From contig JAQFVV010000003.1 of assembly GCA_028023455.1 (NCBI GenBank), positions 7,688,001-7,752,000 on the forward strand: 64,000 nucleotides of DNA, read 5' to 3'. Below the pieces are notes generated by a model that saw nothing but the letters and a program-made list of their open reading frames with translations, had not been told where the DNA came from and did not search any database. Positions 27,300-40,900 of this stretch are shown here, piece after piece. The DNA is from Epiperipatus broadwayi. Lineage: Eukaryota > Animalia > Onychophora. Each line of letters starts with the position of its first letter. Position 1 is the first letter of the stretch. The position numbers and the translations under genes are program-made.

Positions 27300-29170
27300 A
27301 TATTCTCAGTAATTGATTTGTTTTTCTTTTATATGAAGAAATTATGAAAATTCATTCTAACACATGTATGCAAACACATATGGAATTAAAACTCAAAAGA
27401 CAAGCATAGTAATATTTATATAAGACTAATTCATAGCCCATCAAAATTGAATCAGCATTTTTTTCTCGAATCAAATTATATGCTGCCATACATCCAAGAA
27501 TTCATCCTGTACTGTACTTAGCAGAGAATAAGGGTCATGCTGCAAACTCAGGGAAATAATGTTGAATTTTTTTTTAAAGAGATTTAAGATATTTAGAAAT
27601 CTCTTTCAGAATCTCACCTAGTTCACTGTCTCATCATTACAGAATTTGTCAAATATGGCAATTTTCCAGGATTTACTTTCCAATGTCAGTTTTGCAAATT
27701 AAATATAAAGGCCTGAAAATTATCTTGGAAATTAATAATGAGTGTTTTCTTTCCCTGAAGTTTTTAAATGTCTGCTAATTAATTAATTTTTTTTTTCAAA
27801 CTTCACGATTAACGTAAGTGTGACAAAGTCTTATTTCCCTTACACTCGAGGAACAAATTGATTTCATCTTTTAACTCATAATATGATTGACATTTCCTTT
27901 TCACAACATACAGCCATGTAAAAAAGAACAACCTACTTATTATAATTATTATCTTTACAGAATTTTTAAGAAAGACAAGTATTGAAAGCTCCAATTTTAT
28001 TATTATTCACCTTTTTGATTAAGCTCACACAGCTCTTGCAAAATTGGATGAATCTTACTGGAAAGCTCATTGGGAATTATGCAATGAGTGCTTTTTATTC
28101 AGATAGCAGTGTTTTTCACTTTTATCTGAAAGCATGATTTATCCTAGCACAACTGGTACTCCATTAGTACATTTTTGAAAAGATATTTTTTTTTTATCAT
28201 AGTTCTTCACTTTCAAAAAATGTATTATCTTCTTCATAATATCTTCATCTTTAAAAGTACACAGCAGCTAAACTCTCCATACAGTAGCGCCACTCAGTGC
28301 AAGCCAGAGTAATCAATGGATGCAGCAAGGTTTGTGCATAAAATCCCTATCTAATGCCTACTCATCTAATATCCCCAGACTAATTTCTAGATGCATCCAT
28401 TGAATATTCTGGCTTGCACTGAGTGGTGTTTCTATATGGAAAGTTTAGCCTCTGTGTAAACAGCTTCTGTAAGCATAAAGAATGGTGGGTGATCATGTGA
28501 TGTTTAGTCTTTAAAAGTAGTTGTTTTGAGTACTTTGAAAATGGAATTTCTTTTTTAATATCATTTGAATGAATATTTTTAGAAAAAATAAACAACTGGG
28601 TTATGACTAATTCATAGCTGTATTAGCAATTTCTCATGAAACTTATGTCCATTGATTCATCAATTTGAAAAGATATCAATGAAGAAACCAGATAAATACC
28701 ATTTTTCACATCTATGAACATATTTGAAATGCATCCCTGAATAGTATTATTGGACAGATTTTTTTCTCATCCTACTGACTTTGTCATCTTCAACATACAG
28801 GTTTGAGTATTTCTCCAATTATAGAATGCTTTATTTTTTTGTTTGGAAATTTTCAGACAGACTTCATACAGTGCTTGCATTATTGTTGTGCTACATTTCT
28901 GAAAGCTATCTGATTCCTGAGACTAGTTTCATGGTGTCAGAAGAACTCTAAATTCTTTTTAATGTATTCTCAATGCTGCATCTGTAGGTAATGTTTGAGT
29001 TTTGAATGTTTCATAGATTTACCATTGAGACTAACATCACCCAAAATGTTGTTTCTCTTGTTCATTGGTGATCAAGTTAGTAATACAAAATTTTAGACAG
29101 TCTTTCTTATATTGTACATTACAAAATTTACACAATGATGACTGAGTGTTGGACAATAAGGAATAAGAAA
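27300..29170 (-). mobile_element. Decayed hAT (Buster/Charlie-type) transposase
   Basis: Minus-strand fragments in order: SMKHSKLKHYL..H, LSNNTIQ..IS.M, FQIDES.DIS, CTNGVPVVLG, THCII, YELKDEINLFLE, LADI, C-terminal dimerisation-like region. Interrupted by family A at 28260-28507. Confidence 0.85.
28260..28507. mobile_element. Family A copy with 5' inversion, 12-bp TSD, inserted in the hAT relic
   Basis: TCTTTAAAAGTA at 28248-28259 and 28508-28519. Removing the insert restores ...FKVLKTTTFKDEDIMKK... of the transposase. Confidence 0.9.
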
Positions 29171-32100
29171 TATTCCTAAGTCTCATATGATTACAAAGAG
29201 CCCCACAATTTTTTGAGAGATGATATAGTATAATTGAATTATTGTCACTTCATTATATAACTTACTGATGATGAAATCAAAGTAGCTATTTCATGATACA
29301 CTAGTAATATAGTATATTAAGGAAAATCAAATAATTATTCCACAAAAGAATTGAGTGATTACTTAAGAGAATATGGAATTATTAACATTTGATAAGAATT
29401 TAAAATGACAATAATTTTTTTTAAAAAAAAAAAGAAGTATAAGAAATTTAGGTTTTATGATGTGTCAATTACATGAGTGTGTGTGTGTATATATATATCA
29501 GATATATTATCAACAAACTTTTCTTAAATGCTTTTCTTTTAATTAAGGAGAATCATGTTTTAATTAAATTAATAGTTTCATATATTTAAAAGAAGGTTTT
29601 ATTTTTTCTCATATAAATTAAATAACATTTGTGTTTTCTATTTTTGTTGTAAATAGAGTTATATATGTAAAAAGAAAGGTTTTCTATTTTTGAGTAAAGA
29701 TTAATGTGGTGTTTAATACAAATGTAAGCAACAAGTAAATCCCTGTAAGAATGTAAAGACACATTTTAAAAGCATTGTAAAACATCTATGAAAAAAGATT
29801 GATTGCGGGCCCAAATCTATATAAGTTGTAAGTCACTACATGAGTTTTAAAGATTGAGAGGTGTTATAATGGAGCAGTATAGCAGCATTCTAATGGATAA
29901 AAATTTTTCAAGATGAGTGAATACAAAGTAAACCACTTTTAAATCAATTTATTGTGTTCCTCTGAAGTTCTCAGGCTGCCCAGGATATCATTAATTATTA
30001 CCAGTGGATTATTATAAGAGAGTGGGCACTTTTATAGAATTCCCCATTTTGTCATTTTTTCTCTTTTTCAGCTGCTTTTTTATATTAGTAAGGAAATATA
30101 TATAATTTATCCTGAAAATGGTGATCATTATTTAAATGGATATATGAACATATCCTTTTATGATTCCTAGTCTTGTTGAGAAGATGTCTTTGTCTAAGAA
30201 AAATAGTTTTTGACATATTAAATAAATTCTGGAGTTAGCAATCAGGTTTTTTTAATCTTTTCCAAAAATTCAGCAGCAAGGCTCACAATATAAAGTCATT
30301 TGGGAAAGTGTGGAAGAAAACTTTACAGAATATTTAAAACATATATGTGATATTTTATTAATAATCAATGGAAAAATAGTATTTTAACAGTTTGTGATTG
30401 GTGAAATTGATTTTACATAGTTATGGATGCTACCATAGAGCAGTAATGGATAATTTCTAGAGTGAGAAGATGTGGTATGGAAAAAGTATCAAATTTCCCA
30501 AGAAATTTGCAGATATTACAATAGTAAGGATTCATTTTTAAAATTTATTTTATCTCCCATTGCATATGATTTTATAATTGACAATGAAGTAATGTCTGTG
30601 CATAAAATCTGATCCTATTATCATCTGTTTGTTCAATTTTGGCATAGTCAAAAACATCATGAACCATTAATATATACTCTATGTTTAACCTAGCTTTAAA
30701 GTTATTTACCAATGTTACCTGTCTAGTTTTCACAGCAATGCAAGAACTAGTTTTTTCTCAGTATGTGAGTGAATAATTTCTCTGAGATAACAAACTTGTG
30801 AAATTCTGGGAATTCATCCAATCAATACTTTTACCGTTTCATCTCATAAATTAGTTTAAAATAGTTTTAAAAAGAGTTTTAGTTTTTCTCTTGTCAGTTA
30901 CTGGTTTTTGTAGTGTAACTGCATGGGTTTCATGGCATACAACATAGTAGTGTGTGCACAAATATATATAAAGTTGAAAGGAAAAGTAGAAATAAACAGT
31001 CAAAATTTTTTGTAGATATTTTCTACAAGTACACTGGAATAATGAGGAATGAAATAATTTTGAATTTTAAAATAAAAATTTATTATGAAATGAAAAAGAT
31101 CTAAATAAATATTTTTATTGAATTCTGATTTTGAAATTAAAACAAGCATGTTTCATGTTAAAAGAGATCTACTGATAATTGTAAAAATTCACTATTTTAG
31201 AAAAAAAATTTTATAATTAAAACTTGTATAACATTTTATAAAATTTCTGTCTATTTTAGAAATCTTTTTTTAAAGTAAAGCTTCTAGATCATACTTTTGG
31301 TAAAATTCAAAATTGCTTTCAAAAGGATTAAAGTAGATTAAAAAAATTGATAAAGATAAGAAAAACATTCTTGAATTAATGAATCCCCCCCTCACCCTAA
31401 CTGTAAAAAGGGTGGATAAAAAGATTAGAGGAAGTGGTTGGTTTTCCTAATTTTTGGAGTAGTTAGTTTTCAGAGTTATAAGAAACTACCATAAAGATAT
31501 AACTGAATGCAAGGGGAGCAAATCCGGAAGCTGCTCCATAGTTCAGTAGAGTTTGGATTCATATGGAGGAAAAAGAGTCAGCTTCCAGTATTCTATGACC
31601 CTAGGGTGGATGAAAATGGCTGGCTTGCTTGAAATCTGAGTAGAACAGTTGAAAATGTCAACAACTATCTGATTATACCTTTGCCAATTAGTTATATATA
31701 TGCAGAGAAGCACAGATAAACGTAGATATATGAGAGAACAATATTATTTTAAATCATTTATTTAAATAAAATGTTATTTAAAATCTATATATTTTAAAAG
31801 AAAAAGAAGTAAAAATTTGCTTGAGTGAAATGATTGATTCATAGATGATTTTATTTTGAAAAGGAAAAAGTAAACAAAAAAAGAAAGAAAAACTTGTGTA
31901 TTTTTTTTTAAAAAAGATGTTTATAATTAAAAGTAACTTTTCAAAGATTGTATATTTAAAAAACAGAAAAACTTATCATTTAAGATGGTGAAGGAAATTT
32001 TCATATGCAGTACTTTCAACAGAGAATTAAATGTGAAAATATATTTTTAATAAATAATATTATTTTGATATGGTATAAACATCAGTGTGCACATTATGAT

Positions 32101-32299
32101 ATGCACACATATATGTCAGATCTATAATTATGTATTATAAGAAAAAAAAGTTTCATTTATATGTTAATTATTATACTGCATTTCTGTGGGATGATATATA
32201 TGTTTTTATGCAAACCTTGTATGAGATATTTGTATCATTAAAATGTGATAACTTTTTATTAATAGTTTATGGCAAGTCAAATATGTTCAGAAATTATTA

Positions 32300-34400
32300 T
32301 GCCACATGTCTGGAATCCAGTTGATCATCATCTCTGGATTGGCACAAAGAATATTCTTTAAAGTCTATGCACTACATTTTATTTTAGTTTAGTCTTTATT
32401 AGACATTAATTTTATAGTGGCCAGTACATCAATAGTACTAAATGGCCAGAGCATTGATGATGGTCAACATGTTTTAAAATCCCAGCATTATTGTTTTTAT
32501 GGTTATATATTCTGATGGGTGAGCACTTAGTTTCTGCATACAAATTATGTTTAAATAATTGCTCCAAGATGGCAATGGTTAAATAGTGGTCTCCAGTAGA
32601 CCCATTTCAATCCAGTCACCAGATTGACTTGTTTTATTTTGATTGTTGATCATTCATGATGATGAATGAATTATACTTATTTTTAATGCTGATGAATTTA
32701 TTTAATTATATTTATAGTTACTTTAGGGAGTTAACTGGGCTGATCTATCAAGATCTCTCATGTTCATGCTTTTATATTTTATATTAAATTTCATTATTTG
32801 AAATATTTGTTTACTTGGGGTTGGTGATGTTTTCCATCATCCCAGATTCATTCACTGATTCCATACCATTGTAGTAGTAAGGAATTTTTTTACTGAAACT
32901 TTCTTGTTTTTTGATGAGAATGAATTTTTTTATTATGAATTATTACTTTGATTTTAATATTTTCTTTTCTATTTGTGTTCCTATAATATTTTTTCTTATG
33001 AGGTCTTCTTATGATTGCTGATGTCTATCTGGGAGCGGTTTTTTCTTATGTTTTCTTTATCATTATATTTGTCATTTTGGGTTGCATTTATAGCTAAACA
33101 CTCAGAAATTCTTTCATCTCTTGTATAATACTTTTGTTGGTATCTTTTATGGTCTGTTCCATGTCATTTGGTATATTGCATCATATTTTTCCTATTTGGC
33201 CTTTAGAGACAGGGAGAATGAAATAAGGGTTCGTAATCTCACTACTTATCTTAATTAAAAACTGGATGTCTCACCTTTTCCATGTCTGTATTTTTTATTG
33301 GAAAACTTGATATCATACTTCATTCTGTTTCTTCTCATCCTAGAATTATCCATTATTGCTTAATGGTAGCTCTTGTAACTCTGAAATTATAAACAATGAA
33401 TTCCATTAATCACAAGCTATTCCTTTTCAGGAGATTGTAACATATTACTATTTTTTCTTTTTCATTGAGGATATTGATAAAAAAAATTTAAATATTCTAT
33501 AGAATTATCTGCTACTAATAACTTGATAGATATTATCTGGTTAACAATAATATTTATAAATTTATCAATTATATCTTAATGTGGGTGAAGACATTCATCC
33601 TTTTTGTGTTCCCTGGATAAGTCTTGAATTTATTTAAATGGTTTGTTCATTTGTTGTAAGTAATTTATTTTATCACCCAATTATGATATATATTTTTTTA
33701 TTTGGTCAATTATTTCTGGCTTATGTTGTTTATCTTTTATATTTATGGTATTTTCTCTTATATGACTCAATATTATGATCTATTTTTGCAGCAATATTAT
33801 TTTCTTATAATGTACTATAACTTTCTTGATCTGTCTTAATTTTTATTATGTAAGTATTTTCTCTTCTAATGTACTTTTCCAATCTTTCATCCTTTTTTTT
33901 ATTTTTTTCATTTTTTATTTCATTTTTATTTTTAGGATTTCTTACTATTTTATTGGAATTGTTCATTTATAGACTTCAATACTGTTTGTCTGGATTATCC
34001 TCCATTAATTCATATTGCTTGATTAACTCCCTTGGATTTTTTCTTGTTGATTAACTCTATTAATGCATGATTATCTGCATTATCTTGTTTTTTTTCAGTC
34101 CATTTTTCCAGCATCTTTATTAGAGTGCTAATTGTTCATGACTTTCTGTTTTCACATTTTCTTTTATGCACATTTCCTATCATATTTTTTTTCTTTTTTC
34201 ATTTTAGTAAGATTAATTTTTCTTTTTATTGACCACTTTCACTATTGGAATCAATTTATAGTGTATTAAATTAATACTCTATTGAAAATAAATAATCCAA
34301 TGGCTTTCTTGTTAGAGAGTTTCTAAGATGTTCAAATAAATAACCGGAATTAATTCAAGGACTTTATGCTTCAGAATCTGACATTGTACAATTGGATGGC
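32300..34400 (-). mobile_element. Very old RTE-like LINE relic
   Basis: Scattered minus-strand remnants (RHP, AGF, IDFK-like) in APE-then-RT order with many stops. Confidence 0.35.
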
Positions 34401-36175
34401 AACCATGTTCTATTCATTAATAATGCCAAAGAATCACTTCCTGTCTTCTCCAAAATCCTCACCCAACCTAATATCAATTATTTTCGAAGCTTATCTTATT
34501 ACAATTATTATCCAAATTTACTCTTAGATTTTTCCAAATTATCTATCTGTTTCAACTGCAAATATTGTCAACTGTGGTTAATCATAATTCATTGTGATAT
34601 ATTTTGATTATCATTGGAACCACATGTTGTGCCCCAATGAAATGCAAGGAATCATCATTGACATTATTTGAGTTGATTATGATATTAGCTAATTTAGGCT
34701 ACTGTTTGTGCTGCCATATGTAATAGAATGCACAATCTTATATGTATTTATAAATGTATAAATATTTATATAGAAATAGCTAAATTATTCAGAAAAAGAG
34801 AATATTTACTACTTTAGGATATCACTCCTTTTTTAAAACATCATTTCCATTTATCCCCCAAATGAACTGAGGTCATAATGACATAATAAATAATTAAAAA
34901 GTATAAAGCAAAAGATAAAATCCAAAAATTAACAAAATAACAATTTTAATAAATGAAATAGTATTACTAATATATGAGTTTGCTATTCACAAGATAATTA
35001 CCTTGAAAAATTGATTACAATCTATAGAATGTAATTATAGAGGCTTGTTTATTTTTCAACTACTGTATTATAATCTATAATTAATTAAATGTCTGGAAAG
35101 TTTAATTATTTTGCAGGACTAGATTAATATTTGTATCAATTTGTGATAAATCATTGTCATGTCTAATGTGATTAAATTAAAATAATGGGAAAATTAGAAA
35201 TAATCATTTTTGAAGGTTTTGAATAGTTGAGATAGTTTTAAATAGAAAATAAATATCTAATTAAAATATAATACCTTCAGATTTTAGTTCTGTAAAAGTG
35301 TCTCTTAACAATCTTGGCTGTATCTGAAAGTTATTTTAAAAATTATAATGGATAATTTGTTAAAATGAATGAATACATTTTCATGGTTTATAAGTAAATT
35401 TAATATTGATTTGATTTCCAAACAATTTAGGATTACGATTTTCATAGCTGGTTTTAATAGGTAATTATTCATTTATAGTTTTGTATGTTTTTAACAATTC
35501 CGTTTCAGCTAATGAAAATAGCAGTTTCTGTGTGTCAGCTGTAAATAATGGATATCCAAATGGCTTGAAAATTTCAGATATGGGGAAGCTGTTGATTCAA
35601 AGTTGAATTTCTTCTTATCCACTTATTCTATAATGTCTTTGTACCAATTATGCTCTTTCATTCTGTTTTTTTTTTTTTTATTATCTATTACTATAATTGT
35701 TTAACTTCAAACTTATGTACTGAATTTGTTCATTATCTTTTGCAACTTTTATAGATAGTAGCTAATTCCATTTGTTTTTCTCCATTTCTGTAGTTATCTA
35801 GTGAATAATTATTAGATGGCAGTTACTGGAATAGAAGAAATAAAATTTGCTACAAAAGGTATTTCACTTTTATAAATTTGGACCTTCTTATTAATCCTTA
35901 GTTTCACTAGAAATACTTTTACACTGTTTTTAAATTATATTTTTACAAAGACTTATTCCTGTTTAATTTAATTTTAAATTTATAATTTTTTTCTTTTTTA
36001 AACATATAAAATTATCTATTTAATTAAAATTTAGAAATACAGATTTAATCAATTAAAGAATAATATTTAAGAGAAGTTTTCTGATATGTTCAACTAATTT
36101 GTATGTGTGTGTGCATGTATGTTTGTACTTAATGCTATATGAAACTTAAATGTCTTAATATCTGAAAAAACAAAT

Positions 36176-36221
36176 GACAACTAATATATATTTCATGCTG
36201 AATCAGCACTCATCAGTTGTC
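36176..36221 (-). ncRNA. Near-canonical type I hammerhead (type H3)
   Basis: GACAA-CTGATGA-GTGCTG(ATT)CAGCAT-GAAA-TATATA-TT-AGTTGTC: 6-bp stem II, palindromic stem III. The stem I register needs a 1-2 nt indel. Confidence 0.6.
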
Positions 36222-36238
36222 CTATATATTTTTATATT

Positions 36239-37195
36239 AACAGTCACAAACTCTTCATATAATAGTGTCACCAACTACAAGCCTTAATAATCAATAGATG
36301 CAAAAAGATTTGTGGATAAAATCATATCTAGTGCCTACTTCTCCAATATCCCCAGATTAATTTCTAATTTGTGGCTTTTATCAGTGAAAAATATTATATT
36401 TCAGAGCACTGCACTTAGATCTTGAAATATAATGCAACCCTCCAGCAGCCACCTTTTATTTATTTAGTTAACTATAAAGCTAAGAGTCCAAAATGAAAAC
36501 TCGATGTTTTTAATCTAAGTTCATTCATTTGTATAGTCATATAAATCTGAACTCATTTCAGCATCTATACATTTTGGTTTTTCAAAAATCATAATTTTTT
36601 TATGGACAGGATAGGTGTAAAACCATTAAAACATCATGTGATCACTACTTCATATGCTTACACAGGCTGTTAATAACAGTAACAAACTTTCCATACAATA
36701 GTGCCACCAAGTGCAAGCCTTACTAATCAATGGATTCAAAAAGATGATCACATGATGTTTTTACACCTATCCTGTCTATGGTATAATGGTAACTGTCGTT
36801 TTTAAAAAAACCAAATATATTTTAAAATGTATAGAGTGCAGAATTGAGTTCAGATCTATATGACTGTACAAGCAAATGAGCTTGGATTAAAAACATTATT
36901 GTGTTTTTATCTAGGTCTCATAGCTCATAGTTAACCAAATAGGTAAAAGATAGCTGTTGGATTGTTGCATTAGATTAGATCCTAAGATCTAGGTACAGGG
37001 CTTTAAAATACAAGGCTCCTCACTGATAAAAGCTAGAATCTAGTCTGGAGATATTGGATGAGTAGGCACTAGAAAGGGATTTTATTCGCAAATCTTTTTG
37101 CATCCATGTAGTTGGTTACACTATTGAATGGAGAGTTTATTGTTATTAACAACCTATATAAGCATATGAAGTGGTGGTGTTCATGTGATGTTTTG
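36239..37195. mobile_element. Family A large insertion: ~1.15 monomers (-) joined to ~1 monomer (+), monomer ~436 bp, 13-bp TSD
   Basis: Direct repeat AACAGT(C/A)ACAAACT at 36239 and 36675; inverted arm ~36745-37195; degenerate HHRs at ~36349-36388 (-) and 37018-37050 (+); TSD ATATTTTTATATT at 36226-36238 and 37196-37208. Confidence 0.85.
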
Positions 37196-37807
37196 ATATT
37201 TTTATATTTTAATTAACCAATGCCAAACTGTCTATACTCACAACTTTGAAACCTGACACCTCAGATAAATACATTAATGATTATTGTTAACCATTTTTTA
37301 AATGAGAGATTATTCCTAATACGGATATAAATTTTAAATCTCTATTAAAGATTAGTATATCTGTTTTTTTTAAAACAAACAGAGTCACATGGAATGAAAT
37401 TAAATTACTCATGGTGTCTAGATTTAATTAAAAAATATACCATCATCCCTAACAGGTTTAAAGTTTATTATATTTTGATTAGGGATAATCTCAATAGCAT
37501 ATTTATCTGTAATACTTGGTAACAAAGTTATGAGTGCAAAAAGTTTGATATTTCCAAATTAAAATATAATGATATATGTATATGCATATTAACAATATGG
37601 TGTAGACAAACATTTTGAGATCCTAAAATAAATTATCTAAAAAGAGATGCAAGTAATGGTAGCTATCATTGACAGTAAGCAAATGTTACTATTTATAACT
37701 ATTATTAAAATGTCTAACTATCATTCTTTGCCTTCAGGGAAAAATCATATATTAAATACAAAGAATATTTTTCACCATTTATATTTCTCTTTTTTACTTA
37801 GGTAGAT

Positions 37808-37966
37808 ATGTTTATGCTGCTACTTATATATTTGTCAAGTTTTCATCTAACTGGAAGCTTTTGTCATGAAAATTTAGATCTTCCTCTGTCGCATGTGCCA
37901 TATTTTTTATTTAGTCATCCAGAACTAGCCAATGCTTGTAAACTAAAGAAGAATTGCTCTTATAAA
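37808..37966 (+). CDS. EOGT: EGF-domain O-GlcNAc transferase, first coding exon (signal peptide)
   Basis: Acceptor ttacttAG|37802, ATG 37808, donor GTAAGT 37967. MFMLLLIYLSSFHLTGSFCHENLDLPLSHVPYFLFSHPELANACKLKKNCSYK resembles EOGT LPxxHxPxFL...C....CxYK. Confidence 0.85.
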
Positions 37967-40900
37967 GTAAGTAATGTTGAAAGTAAAATAATCTATTATT
38001 AATGTTCCTAGTCAACAATATTCCCAAAGTCCGAAAGTTTACAGGACTGTTTTCTGTTATTTGCTTTCATTCATATAAGAAATATTAAGATTTTATTTAT
38101 AGGTGTCACTAATCTATAATGCATAAGCAGTAAAATGTTACATAAATTGCAGTTGGTAATAAAAAAAGGGTTAAAAGTAATTTTTTTATTGAGTGTTAAG
38201 AAAATGACAAGTAACAAGATAGATAAGAAATATTTTGTAGGATATGCTGAAAAACTGGGCAAAGATTTTGTATCAATTTAATTTTTGTATAAAACATGAA
38301 ATAAATGTGTTATAAGAATTGGTAATTACTACAGTAGCAAAGATTGTTCATTGATGAAAAACATTAGTTAGAAAGATGGAGAGCAAATATGGAAAATATA
38401 TGAATAAACAAGTTATCGGAAGTGAGAAATTTATAACAATAGAAAGTAGTTCACTCATTGAAGCTTGAATAGAGAGACTACAATAATAAAATATATTGAT
38501 AACTTATATAATTATATACAAATAATGTAAAGAAAAAAATGGAAACAATTATTTATAAACACATTTGAAAAAATAGAAATATTGAATTTTTGGGAAAATA
38601 TAAATCAACTGAATATGTGAAAATTGTTTTTTTGTTTGTTTGTTTTGTTTGTTAGTTTTGCGTGTAAATTGTTATTGAATAATGATAAAGATTATTTTAA
38701 AACCAAATTGAATGGAAAAATAAAATGTTGTAGAAATGGAATAAAAGATAAAATCAATTTGAAATTTTAGATCTTATTGAATTTATAAACTGATAAAATG
38801 AGAGAAATTCATGCCTAAAAAGTTTGTTTGGACTCATTGGCTCAGTGATTCATGATTTCAATAAAGGAAAAGCTTCAATAAAGTCAAATTTAAATTTCTG
38901 GAATAAGTGTTTGTTGCAATCATAATTCTATTAATGGTCGGAGTTTTTTGGCAATTTCTGAAGAATACATGATTATTTGCATATTATCAACATTATAATA
39001 GCATAATTTTTTTTTTATTTTTACTGCTTTCTACAATGACAAAAGGGATTCTCATCAATGGTGACATAATTAGATTTTGCTATTTTGTCTTTGTTTAATA
39101 AATATTCATAAATCTTTGGTGGGGATATGTTTTTTCTGCTCTTACTTATCTGAGAATATAACTTATATTAAAAAATGAATGAAAATGATATTGTCATCAA
39201 CTTATAAGATTCATGCTGCACATATATTTCTTTGTTTTTTGAAATATAAATGTTTTATATAATAATTCAAAGAGAAAAATAGTTTTAGCACATGTTTGTT
39301 TATGGATATAATGTAAGTTTAGTTATCTTCCAATTAGATTATAATTTAGACTATCAAAGTTTATAATATTTTGGACTAGGTTCAAATCCACATAGCTGAA
39401 TAAATATGTGGTCTACATATTCACAGTTACATAGTAAATATTATTGTCACTAGATTGATACATTTGTATTCCTAGTCATTTTTACTGTCAAGTTTTCAGG
39501 AAAATAAAAACATTAGCATTATATACTTAGAATAATATTAAATAATTTAAAATATGTGCTAAATTTTTTATATTCCTTAAGTGATAATATGAAAATTTCA
39601 AACATTATTGTAAATAATAAGAATGTGAATATTTATAATTTGTTAAGGTTAGTTACAAAAGAGAGAGAAAAAGTATAAAACATAATAAAAACAAATAATA
39701 TTTCCCTCCCTCTCTTCCGTATTTTCATTTATCTATTAGTTTTAATTTTTAAAAAAATAATAAGAGAGATAAATAAGTAAAATTTTAAGTAATGGTTATC
39801 TTTTTTTTTAAAAAAAAAAAAAAGGAAAAGATAAGATTTTAATATTTTGGTAAAAAATGCTAAATTAAAATTGAATTTTTCTTTTCCTTTTTATCTCTTT
39901 AAAAGTATTTTTCAAATCAAAGTATAATTAAAAGATTATACTGTTTTGATAGTTATGAAACAAGGAAAATAATTACAGAGGAATTTCAATAATTATGATT
40001 ATAACTGAAAGAAAAAATGGAGGGAAATAATTTTTTTTGTAAAAATATTCAATTGGTCAAGGTTTAATGCTGTCATGTCTGAGATAATGTGATTGGATGG
40101 CTATAAGATTGTTCCAAAAAATAAAGTAGGGGCAGATTAAAGCATTAGACTTCAGTTTCTAGTCTATTCAGAAAGTCATTCTTGCTTCAGCTTTTGAGAG
40201 AAGAGCTGTAGCAGTTTAGCTGTGAAGATAGGGAGGTTATGTTTTTAATCTGAAGTAAAACTAACCTCACTATTGGTTTTAAAAATTGTTTTTTAAAATG
40301 GATTTGGAAAAAACGTGCTAAGCTTTAGCTAGAAGCTGAGCATTACCAAGTTTCACTGTTATGTATTCACTAAAAGAAAATGTAAAAGGATAATATCCCT
40401 AGGAGAAATCTGCAACAAGCTTTGTATTTCATCCAAAAATATGATTGTCTCAGTTTGTGATAGCCTGACTACAAATTATTATATTGAAAAATTGATAAAT
40501 TCAGCCTGTACTTATCTAAAAATTATTATATCATAAAGCAGATGAAGTTAACCATGTTTACCTACCTTGTATTATCACAATGGAAATTTGAAGCTACAGA
40601 AGGAATGTTAATAGAACTTCTGATTGTTTAATCTGAACATTTAGAGAAACCAAAAGGAAGAACTTATTTGGAAAGAACTTAAAATTATAAATTCAAAAGA
40701 AGGATTCAAAAGGATGAAGCCATGGTAATATAATATATTGTAATGTACACTTCTACATTTGCAAATAATTTTTAGTATAAGTAATAGTAAGTTTTTTTGT
40801 GGTTGAAACATTCTAGCTATGTAGGTGTTCCAAGTTACCTGCTGCAATTTTGTTGAGAGTTTTATTGTTTTTTGGGATAATTTTACAGCCTGATCATTAC

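Noticed and set aside
29265-29280. CTGATGA-T-GAAA
   Set aside because: No stem II between the core halves; chance match.
39340-39390. GGTTCAAATCC B-box, possible tRNA or SINE
   Set aside because: No cloverleaf or convincing A-box; cannot support a tRNA call.
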